This document shows, one piece after another, positions 15,400-23,589 of a stretch of DNA of 32,000 bases. The notes below the pieces were generated by a model. That model did not search any database. It was not told where the DNA came from and worked only from the letters and a program-made list of their open reading frames with translations. A program made the translations under genes and the position numbers. This DNA comes from Dendronalium phyllosphericum CENA369 (lineage in GTDB: Bacteria; Cyanobacteriota; Cyanobacteriia; Cyanobacteriales; Nostocaceae): positions 2,656 to 34,655 of the forward strand of contig NZ_JAECZA010000316.1 in the NCBI RefSeq assembly GCF_016056275.1, written 5' to 3'. Within the stretch, counting starts at the first letter, position 1, and every line of letters starts with the position of its first letter.

Positions 15400-17550
15400 C
15401 TACAGCCTATTCACAATATTTCCATTAAACCAGGCAATCTTCTTTAAGTCATGACATAACCATTCATAAGCTAGCTCAGTTGCAGAGTTTGGTTTGAATA
15501 CATCTAGTACTTCTGAATTTATAGAAGCGTAAAGCCATGTTGATGCTTCTTTCCTTAGTGATAACAGTTGACTGTTCAAAACAGAAATAGAATAATCACA
15601 GCCTTTTGGAAATAAATTTTCTTTTGTGGGAAAAAAGCACAAGTCTACGCAGCTTTGTTTGCCTTTCGGCAGTGGTTCCCAATAAGATATTATCCAAGGT
15701 TGGTTATTATATGAATTTGGTAAAATAATTTTTCCTACAAAACGCGCTGGCAGCGTTACTGCCGTTGTCAGCCTGGGCGCAAATTTGGAAAAATACGTAT
15801 TAACTAGTTGCTGGTATCCCTCAATAGCACCTTCGTAAACAGCTTTTGCACGAACTAATAATTGTAGTTCGGAGTAGCTCTCCCATATCCATCCATCTGT
15901 AATATCAATATCTGGTTCAGGCCACGGAGAATGCAACTCGGCTTCTCCATCTTGGCGGAGGCTGTTAACTTGAGCTATAAGGTGCTTAAGACCGTAGCAG
16001 TATTCGTACTCGTTTACCCAAGAAGGAATATTCAATGATGACTTAGAAAGACATTCTTCAATTTCACTCAGAGAAATAGGACTATAATTTAACTCCCCAC
16101 GACTAGTAACTATAAGTGCGGTCTGCCAAACAATTTCTTTAAAAATTGATCCGTGGTTGACTGGCAGCATACGCTTTTCCAATAATTGAGATAGTGAACT
16201 ACTAAGCTCATTAAGCGTCAAATTCCAAGCCAAAGCTGATTTATGATTAGCCACCTTAACGCCTGTTAATCCAAACCAATTGGATAATAATTCTGGCTCA
16301 GAAAATGGCGATATAACAATATCAGGCAGATTCTCATCACCACAGTACCAACCAGTTGTCAGATACATTTCGTCTGCGTCAACACCAATTGGTAAAAGCG
16401 TATTATCCTCACGTACTGGTGCAATTAACTTAGAAAGTGGAGCAATACCATCTATCCATGCCTGCATCGCTGTTCGTATTCTTCGCCCAAATTCCAGTGA
16501 TAATGGTAAAGGAACTGATTGTGTGACGTTCCATCTTGTTATTGCCAGCTCTTCCTTGACAATCTCTGAAATAAATGCAGGATGTTTCTGGACTAGTGGC
16601 ACAAGTACCTTTGATACTTGCTCATAACTGTAATTACCAACAAAGATAGCTAGCGGATAGCGCCAACGTTCGAGCCGCTGTGGCTCAAGTTTGAGATCAT
16701 TGGGGTCAATGATGCCAGCAGCTAAACTTTGCGCTGCAAACCATTGTGTTAGAATTGGCAGCGGGAAACCAATAGTTCCTGCATTCTCAACAACTAACCC
16801 CGTATTTAAAAGCATCTGAAATTCTGATGTTGTTCCGCCGATGTCAGTCTTAGAAACTACACCTATACTACAGTCAGTAGCTTGAGCAGCAAGGCATAGT
16901 AGTAATTGCTCAACATTAGAGTTGTTTGCTCTTGCTTTTTCGAGGGAACGTTCAACAAGATTTGACAGTAAATCCCCAGGCGAGGTTGATGCTATTGTGC
17001 CTTGGTTTTTTAAATAGACACCAAGCAATACTGCAAATAAAGGTCGGCGAATAGCATGACGGATGGACTCCGGCCATTGGGAAGAAACATATGGCGGAAT
17101 TGGTTGTTTTGAAATTCTTTCTACAAGAGCATATGCTTCATTCTCTGTAAGTGGAGGAACTTGAACAGCCTCTTCAACTTTAGATAAAGCGGGGATAGCT
17201 CTGCTAGTAATTACTAGGGTAGTTTTTTCCCATGTATTAACAAGAATGCGAGCTTCATTAAGTAAATGTGCTGCTAAGGCGCTTCCTGCTTCGTCAGCCC
17301 CGTCAATGATTGCGGTAACACCTTGTGAGAAGGACTGTCCTAGCTTGCTGATTTCTTCTTCTATAGTTTTTTGTAACTGTCCTGCCACCTGCTGCGCTTT
17401 TAAATCCACAGGTATAGGAGCTGCGGGATTTTTGCGGGCCTGTTTAATTGCATCTTGGAAGAGGCGTTGTGCAAGCAATGACTTACCTACACCAAAATCA
17501 CCGATTAGTATTATTAAAGGGTTTTCATCATTAGGTTGAAACTTAGACAA
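15400..17550 (-). CDS. NACHT-type STAND NTPase (NLR-like) with non-repetitive C-terminal region; frame stays open upstream to 17715
   Basis: Walker A is LIGDFGVGKS and the NACHT-style Walker B is AIIDGADEAG. The ~450-aa C-terminal region has no recognisable repeats. The only start is TTG 17550, and the 55 codons upstream are stop-free and in frame with the 149-aa ORF. Confidence 0.8.
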   Translation of the reverse strand: MSKFQPNDENPLIILIGDFGVGKSLLAQRLFQDAIKQARKNPAAPIPVDLKAQQVAGQLQKTIEEEISKLGQSFSQGVTAIIDGADEAGSALAAHLLNEARILVNTWEKTTLVITSRAIPALSKVEEAVQVPPLTENEAYALVERISKQPIPPYVSSQWPESIRHAIRRPLFAVLLGVYLKNQGTIASTSPGDLLSNLVERSLEKARANNSNVEQLLLCLAAQATDCSIGVVSKTDIGGTTSEFQMLLNTGLVVENAGTIGFPLPILTQWFAAQSLAAGIIDPNDLKLEPQRLERWRYPLAIFVGNYSYEQVSKVLVPLVQKHPAFISEIVKEELAITRWNVTQSVPLPLSLEFGRRIRTAMQAWIDGIAPLSKLIAPVREDNTLLPIGVDADEMYLTTGWYCGDENLPDIVISPFSEPELLSNWFGLTGVKVANHKSALAWNLTLNELSSSLSQLLEKRMLPVNHGSIFKEIVWQTALIVTSRGELNYSPISLSEIEECLSKSSLNIPSWVNEYEYCYGLKHLIAQVNSLRQDGEAELHSPWPEPDIDITDGWIWESYSELQLLVRAKAVYEGAIEGYQQLVNTYFSKFAPRLTTAVTLPARFVGKIILPNSYNNQPWIISYWEPLPKGKQSCVDLCFFPTKENLFPKGCDYSISVLNSQLLSLRKEASTWLYASINSEVLDVFKPNSATELAYEWLCHDLKKIAWFNGNIVNRL

Positions 17551-17715
17551 AGGTGCGCCAATAGATGTATCATTGGCAAGTTCAATCGCTTGGCTGCGAG
17601 TTACACCAGCAGCTTGCCACAGAGATATACACCGACTTATGGATAGTCGATCTAGTTCTTCTAATCTATCAGTGAGGGGATTATACTTTACCCGATCCTG
17701 GTCGGGTGGCTTCAG

Positions 17716-17718
17716 TCA
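17716..17718 (-). other. in-frame TGA between the 149-aa module and the NACHT ORF (candidate readthrough site or nonsense mutation)
   Basis: 17716 minus 17548 is 168, a multiple of 3. None of the 55 intervening triplets is a stop. The next base after TGA is C. Confidence 0.9.
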
Positions 17719-18165
17719 CAAGTTTATAGTTTGATTTTGGATGTTAATACTAGACTTTATTCCTTGAGCTAAGTTCACAACTTTTTCAATGCTATTCGTG
17801 ATCGCGCTTTGGTAATTACTCTGCTTTTCTCTAAGTGCTTTATCCAGTTCAGAATTATGCTTAGTAGCTTCTTTTACATCATTTCCCAAAGCTTCTACTG
17901 CCATCTTAATTTCTTGGTCTGCTTGTGCTGCTTTCTTCACCTCTTCTACTAAGACAGCTTCACCAATATCTTCTTGTCCATCAGGTGGTAGCGCTAAAGG
18001 TTCCACTACTGCTTGTAAAGCATTTGCTGTCTCAGGGAACTTTCTTTTCAAAAGTTGCATTACCTTTTCCGCAGCTTGATCTAAAGCTTTTTCTGTTGAC
18101 CAATCAATAATTTTCCCTGATAGCCAAATGGCAAACGCGATCGCTCCAGTAGTCAGTGGCTCCAT
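17716..18165 (-). CDS. 149-aa helical module protein with hydrophobic N-terminal helix and N/Q/I-rich tail; paralog of 24481-24894
   Basis: MEPLTTGAIAFAIWLSGKIIDWS.. and EDIGEAVLVEEVKKAA..EIKMAVEALGNDV are shared with the other copy. GAGGTAGCAC lies before the ATG. The tail is GIKSSINIQNQTINL. Confidence 0.7.
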   Translation of the reverse strand: MEPLTTGAIAFAIWLSGKIIDWSTEKALDQAAEKVMQLLKRKFPETANALQAVVEPLALPPDGQEDIGEAVLVEEVKKAAQADQEIKMAVEALGNDVKEATKHNSELDKALREKQSNYQSAITNSIEKVVNLAQGIKSSINIQNQTINL

Positions 18166-18287
18166 GTGCTACCTCGTCTCATAACGCTTTATTCAATTGA
18201 TACTACACCGCTTCTATTCCCGATTCCCCAATCGAAGCCAAACTCAAAATTCTACGAAAGGGCTATTACGTGTAATCCAGTCGCGCA

Positions 18288-18962
18288 CTAATTGCCAAAC
18301 CTGATAGTCCAGGAGTCATCTCGCAAATCTGGCGGGAGTTCTGCGGGAAACTCATCAGTAGCATCTATCATGACACTAAAGTGTTGCGAGGCTTGATTTC
18401 CTAACCTTTTGATTTCACGCAACCACTTTGCCAGGTTCTTACCCATAACATCAGGATTAGAGGTATCGAGAATCAGCAGACGGACTCCGCTAGTAGCCAT
18501 CCGTCGCAACCGTTTCTCAATTTGCTTAGATGTAATTGATGAGGGTCTAATGCGGTAGGGGTCAGCAACATCGAAACTCATGACAGCTACACTGTATCGA
18601 CCAACTTTTACGTGATCACCATTATCAATACTGCCCATGAAAATGAAAACTTCGTGGTGAGGGGGGCAGCATTCGTGATCGACAACGTTCAAAACGTTAG
18701 TGGCCATTTCACTGTTTAGATATTGATGAGTTGTTGACTCATCCAGCCATAAAGTTCCAAGCCCATCTTTTTCTGGGTAAATGAATTCACCTTTGTCGGG
18801 GCGAAACTCTCCAACATTAATTAAGGCATACCCTTTGCCAAACTCCCGCTTCATCTGATGTATCTGCTTAAACGCCTTCGCCACAAAACTTGTATCTTCA
18901 AGCACTTGTGAGCAGAAGTTACCTAAAGCTTGCTGCAAAATTGAATTGGCATCCACAATCAA
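18288..18962 (-). CDS. hypothetical protein (224 aa), no recognisable motifs
   Basis: Long ORF on the same strand, 122 nt upstream of the 149-aa/NACHT locus. Only a TTG start is available at the 5' end; the next Met is residue 36. Confidence 0.5.
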   Translation of the reverse strand: MIVDANSILQQALGNFCSQVLEDTSFVAKAFKQIHQMKREFGKGYALINVGEFRPDKGEFIYPEKDGLGTLWLDESTTHQYLNSEMATNVLNVVDHECCPPHHEVFIFMGSIDNGDHVKVGRYSVAVMSFDVADPYRIRPSSITSKQIEKRLRRMATSGVRLLILDTSNPDVMGKNLAKWLREIKRLGNQASQHFSVMIDATDEFPAELPPDLRDDSWTIRFGN

Positions 18963-19194
18963 TTGGCTGTACTTTAAGTTGATGATAATAACTCATTCTA
19001 GTATGTTTAATTGGCAGAAATTTCAGCGATTTTGTTCCACCCAGCACTAACTCAAGCAACTCTTAACTTCTGAGGCGGCGTAGCGGAGTGTCTGCCGCTG
19101 CCTGCAACCATCGCAGGTGGCTCAAAGAGTTGATTTGTGGCAGTGGCTCCCCCCGCAAACTTTGAGCTTGCTAGGTTTTGAGTTGCGCCATCGC

Positions 19195-21453
19195 CTAAAG
19201 GGATCTCCCTCTACTCTGTCTTCTTTCTTGTTGCCGCTTTTCTTCTATTATTTGTTGCAATACGCGCTCTGCTTCACGCCAAAAGCCGAGGTCAAGAGAG
19301 TCTACTGACCCTACATTAATCGGTGAATACTCAAGCTCACCTGACTGGTTTCGGTTGACCGCCACTCGAAATATTTCACCTCGTTCATCATGGGTAAACA
19401 CCAATTCTCTACCCTGTTTTTCTAAAGTTGCTCGTTTGAATCTCAGGCTATTTGAGCCACTTTCTCTTAATTGCCAATTGATTAATTCAACAGCAACAGG
19501 CACAGCGAAGGCTAAATATTCGGACTGTAACTGCTGTTTTTGGTCAAGTTGCTGTGATGGTTGTTCTTGCTTTGATGCCAATTGATTGTTAGCGATTAGA
19601 ACTAATGCTTTAGCTTCATCAGCAGTCCATCCGGCTGGACTGCCTAGTATAATTTCTTCAACTTCTTCGACTGACTTATTATCTAATAGCGCCAAGGTAG
19701 CAATTTCTTTGTCTCGGTCAGTCACTAATAAGTTTTGTAAGTCGGTGCTGTAATACTTATATAACTCGGCTCTTAGTTCCTCTTTTAGTTTTGGTTGATC
19801 TGTGGTTAGAGTTGAAGCTTTATTAAGAGCGTTCGCATCCACTGCTTTTTGTGATCTGTGGAGTTGCTCCAAATAAACAATCACTGCAAAGAGGTCATCG
19901 AATGTGGTTTTTCCGGCTTTAAGTTGCTGCCGATATTGAGATAGTTGTTCGGTTAATTGTGGTAACGTTTCAATCAAGGCTGACTCAACTACTGATTGTT
20001 CAATAAAGTTAGCGATTGCATCCACTGCTTTTTGTAATGAAAGTTGTTGCTCCAAATCAGTAATTGCCGTTGACAAGTCGTTTAATGCGATTCTTCCTTC
20101 TTTTAGCTGCTGCTGATGCCCGTGTAATTGTTCTAGAAATTGTGGCAACCCTTCAACCAAGGCTGACTCAACTGCTCTTGAGTCAATATAGTTAACGATT
20201 GCATCCACTGCTTTTTGTGATATAAGTTGTTGCTCCTGTTGAGCAATCACCGCTCTTAGGTCGTCTAATGTAGTTCTTTCTTCTTTTAATTGCTGCTGAT
20301 ACAGTAACAATTGTTCTGTTAATTCTGTTAATTTTGGTAATGTTTCAACTAAGGCTGACTCAACTGCTCTTGAGTCAATATAGTCAACAATTGCATCCAC
20401 TGCTTTTTGTGATGTAAGTTGTTGCTCCTGTTGAGCAATCACTGCTCTTAGGTCGTCGAATGTAGTTCTTTCTGCTTTTAACTGCTGCTGATAAAGTGAC
20501 AGTTGTTCTGTTAATTCTGTTAATTGTGGTAACGTTTCAACTAAGACTGACTCAACTGCTGACTGTTCAATATAGTTAACGATCACATTTATGAGTTCTT
20601 GGTTGTCAACTGCTCGCCCGACATGATTATGCAACAGTTGCTCAATTCGCTCATCATCCCGTTGTGGCTGATAGTCAATTTCTTTATGTTTTTGCAGTCC
20701 AGGCCAAGTATAGGCAGGCCCCAAAGATGTACCGCTAAATTTCTGCCCGTTCCACGAGTAAGAGATGCCTTTACTTTTGCCGTTGCGTGTTACACCGTGA
20801 CGAACTTCTACGCCTTGTAGTTGCAGTCGTTCAATAACTTGGGGCATGATCGGTCTATTTACCGTGGCGCGGTCGATGAGTTCAATTAGTTGTTGTTTGA
20901 TGGGACGTTCTTGTGGCGAGAGGCGATCGCCTTTAATGTATTCAAGCTGCTCTCGCTCTAGTCGTCTTTGTTGCCCAATACTTGGGTTGCGGGTTAATTT
21001 ATCGTGGCTGCTGTGAGTTTGTTGTAACCCGTAATCCCGTTCTAGCTGCCGGATAATACTTTCACTGCGTTTGTAATCCCAGCTATCATGAACTATCTTG
21101 CCGTTGTCCAAACGGATGCGACTAGCGCAGATATGGATGTGGTCGTGCTGAGTGTTGCTGTGTCTGTAGACTACATACTGGTTGCTGTCAAAACCCATCT
21201 CTTCAAGGTAGCGTTGAGCGATTTCGTTCCAGGTTGCGTCATCGAGTCGTTCGCCTTGGGGTAGAGATAGTGATGCGTGGTAAACTACTCTGTCGGCTTC
21301 ATAGTTCAATTGACGCGAGATTTTGAATTCAACAGCCAGGGCGCGGGGGTTTCTGCCGCCCATGTTGCCACCAATAAGTTTGGCTCCTTCTTGAGATTGG
21401 AGATAATTGAGCAGTCCGCGAAATCCTCGCCCCTTAGTCTGGTTGCCAATCAT
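19195..21453 (-). CDS. MOB relaxase (MobA/VirD2-type relaxase domain) with repeat-containing coiled-coil C-terminal half
   Basis: GRGFRGLLNYL carries the catalytic Tyr context, with YHASLSLP and the histidine triad HSNTQHDHIHICASRI. ATG 21453 (MIGNQTKGRG) is preferred; the ORF track uses TTG 21492. Confidence 0.9.
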   Translation of the reverse strand: MIGNQTKGRGFRGLLNYLQSQEGAKLIGGNMGGRNPRALAVEFKISRQLNYEADRVVYHASLSLPQGERLDDATWNEIAQRYLEEMGFDSNQYVVYRHSNTQHDHIHICASRIRLDNGKIVHDSWDYKRSESIIRQLERDYGLQQTHSSHDKLTRNPSIGQQRRLEREQLEYIKGDRLSPQERPIKQQLIELIDRATVNRPIMPQVIERLQLQGVEVRHGVTRNGKSKGISYSWNGQKFSGTSLGPAYTWPGLQKHKEIDYQPQRDDERIEQLLHNHVGRAVDNQELINVIVNYIEQSAVESVLVETLPQLTELTEQLSLYQQQLKAERTTFDDLRAVIAQQEQQLTSQKAVDAIVDYIDSRAVESALVETLPKLTELTEQLLLYQQQLKEERTTLDDLRAVIAQQEQQLISQKAVDAIVNYIDSRAVESALVEGLPQFLEQLHGHQQQLKEGRIALNDLSTAITDLEQQLSLQKAVDAIANFIEQSVVESALIETLPQLTEQLSQYRQQLKAGKTTFDDLFAVIVYLEQLHRSQKAVDANALNKASTLTTDQPKLKEELRAELYKYYSTDLQNLLVTDRDKEIATLALLDNKSVEEVEEIILGSPAGWTADEAKALVLIANNQLASKQEQPSQQLDQKQQLQSEYLAFAVPVAVELINWQLRESGSNSLRFKRATLEKQGRELVFTHDERGEIFRVAVNRNQSGELEYSPINVGSVDSLDLGFWREAERVLQQIIEEKRQQERRQSRGRSL
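19847..20613 (-). repeat. four in-frame tandem coding repeats (210, 192, 183, 183 nt) inside the relaxase gene
   Basis: The marker GCATCCACTGC recurs at 19835, 20018, 20201 and 20393. The protein units are AVD(A/N)..VESALVETLP.LTEQL..YQQQLK....DDL.AVI..QEQQL.SQK. Confidence 0.85.
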
Positions 21454-21832
21454 CGGTTTCCTCATCCTCCTCAGATATGAAGGTTTTGGCAATTTCTCGT
21501 TGGCAGTGCCGCAACAGTTCTAGTAGTTCGTTTAATAGTTCTGGATCTGCTGGCGGTGGCAGTTGCATTTTGATGGCAGTGTTGGCAACTTTGGCCAATT
21601 GGTTGATGTTGTTGCCGATGCGGGAAAGTTCCAAGTAGGTGGCTACTGTAACTCTGCCCAGTCGCGGCGGCGGTGGTGGAATTGGTCGCAGTAACATACA
21701 ACGTCTTGTCAGTTCTGCCAAGCTCATACTCGCGTCTTCTGCTTTTGACCGAACCATCTCATATTCAATTGGGCTGAACCGCGCTTGCAGTCTTTTGGTG
21801 CGGATGAGTGACGACGAAGAACGCTTGGTCAT
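21434..21832 (-). CDS. mobC: MobC-family relaxosome accessory protein
   Basis: RFSPIEYEMVRSKAEDASMSLAELTRRC (RHH-like) and IGNNINQLAKVAN are typical of MobC. It lies immediately upstream of, and overlaps, the relaxase gene. Confidence 0.85.
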   Translation of the reverse strand: MTKRSSSSLIRTKRLQARFSPIEYEMVRSKAEDASMSLAELTRRCMLLRPIPPPPPRLGRVTVATYLELSRIGNNINQLAKVANTAIKMQLPPPADPELLNELLELLRHCQREIAKTFISEEDEETDDWQPD

Positions 21833-21872
21833 AATCTCAAATCAGACAATGTGCAATTTTGGCGAGGGGTTT

Positions 21873-21897
21873 CCAAAGGGGATACTTCCCCCTTTGG
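21873..21897. promoter_or_regulatory. 9-bp-stem inverted repeat in the mobC / leader-operon divergent region (candidate oriT or operator element)
   Basis: CCAAAGGGG-ATACTTC-CCCCTTTGG lies 41-65 nt upstream of the mobC start. A direct repeat AGCGCAGC (21914, 21929) is nearby in a GC-rich patch of an otherwise AT-rich intergenic region. Confidence 0.35.
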
Positions 21898-22284
21898 CAA
21901 GCCTGCCGAGTCGAGCGCAGCGAGACAAAGCGCAGCTTTAGGCATGGCTTGCTCCTTAGCAAGGGCGTGGGGTAGGAACGAGAGACAGGGGGCAACCAGC
22001 AACGTGTGGTCACAGCGCGTAGAGAGCGGCTACTGCCACTAAAACAAGCTAGTCATTACAAGCTTTGGTAGCATGGTGAACTATTAATAATTGTTTTATG
22101 AATTTTTTTGATAAACTCTTCGTGAGTTATCTTACACGTTCTCAGTGATTACCGTTCAGTTAATCAAGTTAATATCTATTGCTGATTATTAATTAATTGT
22201 TGCATTGATAATAACCTGTCTTTAGATAGATGCTTGGTGTAAAAGTAAAGTTTTAAACATAACGAAACTCTGTTTTTTACTTCT

Positions 22285-22812
22285 GTGACTAAAGATAGTA
22301 TTCCTAAGTCAAAAATTCCAGAGGCTCTTGATGCTCTCCGCGCTTTGGGTGCTAAGGAATTAGATGATATCCCGGCACGAGAGGCTATTAGAAAAATGCG
22401 CCGTCAAATTGAACGGGTGCTACGTCTTGGCTATAGCTACGAGGAAGTGTCAGAAACTTTAGCTGGTTTAGATATCAATATCAGTGCAGAACGTATCCGT
22501 TATCTACTTAGCGATATCAAAAGGTCTACGCGCAAAAAATCAGTAGCTGAGAACCTTCAGGATAATACTGATACTCAAGTTGTTAATGAGCAGAATTTAG
22601 GCGAGAATTCAGCGACAGAAAATAGCAGTAGTCAGTCTGTTAAAAAATCTTCAGCTAAATCGCAAGCAAAATCAAAATCTGCAAAGTCAGTCTCAACAAA
22701 TTCTCAAACTAATACAAATACTAAAAATTTGGCTGAGGCAGAGTCAAATGGGTATCAAAATACCTATCGCCCTGCTTTTATACCTCAAATCATTTCAGAT
22801 GAGGATTTATAA
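22285..22812 (+). CDS. putative DNA-binding protein with S/K/N-rich low-complexity tail (leader-operon gene 1)
   Basis: The N-terminal half has an HTH-like segment (GYSYEEVSETLAGLDINISAERIRYLL). The C-terminal half is low complexity. The start is GTG. It is transcribed divergently from mobC. Confidence 0.5.
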   Translation: MTKDSIPKSKIPEALDALRALGAKELDDIPAREAIRKMRRQIERVLRLGYSYEEVSETLAGLDINISAERIRYLLSDIKRSTRKKSVAENLQDNTDTQVVNEQNLGENSATENSSSQSVKKSSAKSQAKSKSAKSVSTNSQTNTNTKNLAEAESNGYQNTYRPAFIPQIISDEDL

Positions 22813-23589
22813 ATGGCGGTTAAATCAAAATCATCAGCTGATTCTGCTAAACAAAAACCTACTAATCAGCCAAAGACTGTTGGGCGTTTAGTTTTGGTGA
22901 CTGGCGATAAGGGCGGCACTGGTAAAAGTGTGGTGGCAAGAATTCTCCTCGATATTTACCGCCACAGAAATATCAACTGTATTGCTTACGAATGCGACCA
23001 GTCAAATCCTCAGCTTTATCGCCACTATAATAAGGTGCAACCTGGGGTGTCAGGGTTGAAACTTAATCAGCGCGGTGGTGCTGATGCTTTGCAGGATGAT
23101 TTGAAGCGTTTATCTCCTAAAGTATCTCTGGTGGATCTCCCTGCTGGGGCTGCGGAATATTTTGAGTCGGTGGCTAAGGATATTTTTCTGTTTCAAAATG
23201 CCCAGCGTTTGGGTTATCGCATCACTATGGTATCGGTTTTAGGACGAGTCAAGGATAGTGTTTTGCAGTTAAAACGCTTAGTGGATTTTTGCGGCGACCG
23301 TGTTGATTATGTGGTTGTGAAAAATCTTTACTGGGGTGATGAACACAAGTTTACTCGCTATAACAATTCTAAGGTCAAACAATCTGTAGAAGAATTGGGG
23401 GCAATTGAACTGTTATTGCCTGAGTTATACGACGATATTTTTGATTTGATTGACTCAAAAGACCTTACCTTCAGGGAGGCGTTAGAGCATGAGGATTTTA
23501 GTTTGAGTAATCAGTCGAGAGTTTATGGCTGGATTGATGCGGTTGAGTCTGAGTTTGCTAAGGCTGCTGTGCAATTGGGGTTAGAGTAA
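22813..23589 (+). CDS. ParA/MinD-like P-loop ATPase (TraL-like position in a mobilization leader operon)
   Basis: Deviant Walker A is VTGDKGGTGKSVVA, with VSLVDLPAG. The ATG abuts the upstream stop. Confidence 0.7.
   Translation: MAVKSKSSADSAKQKPTNQPKTVGRLVLVTGDKGGTGKSVVARILLDIYRHRNINCIAYECDQSNPQLYRHYNKVQPGVSGLKLNQRGGADALQDDLKRLSPKVSLVDLPAGAAEYFESVAKDIFLFQNAQRLGYRITMVSVLGRVKDSVLQLKRLVDFCGDRVDYVVVKNLYWGDEHKFTRYNNSKVKQSVEELGAIELLLPELYDDIFDLIDSKDLTFREALEHEDFSLSNQSRVYGWIDAVESEFAKAAVQLGLE

Noticed and set aside
17690-17718. Selenocysteine (SECIS-directed) decoding of the two in-frame UGA codons
   Set aside because: The hairpins after the UGAs are only 5-6 bp with unrelated loops, much smaller than a bacterial SECIS. 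The UGA sits at a domain linker and not a redox site. No sel genes are in the window. It cannot be formally excluded without the genome.
18267-18275. ACGTGTAAT upstream of the minus-strand module gene, also at 24436-24444 upstream of the plus-strand paralog and in the 24369-24397 hairpin arms
   Set aside because: Distances to the two start codons (about 100 versus about 37 nt) and relative orientations differ. The motif is short and AT-rich. The evidence is insufficient to call a shared operator.
19847-20613. Relaxase and TPR (26288-27676) tandem repeats as possible CRISPR-like arrays
   Set aside because: The repeats abut one another with no unique spacers. Their lengths are multiples of 3 and in frame, and they encode recognisable protein repeats.
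21471-22042. ORFs 21471-21701 (-), 21639-21941 (+) and 21851-22042 (+)
   Set aside because: They are out of frame or antisense to mobC, or lie in the GC-rich part of the probable oriT region. Their translations are low-complexity (Gly/Arg/Ala/Thr runs).
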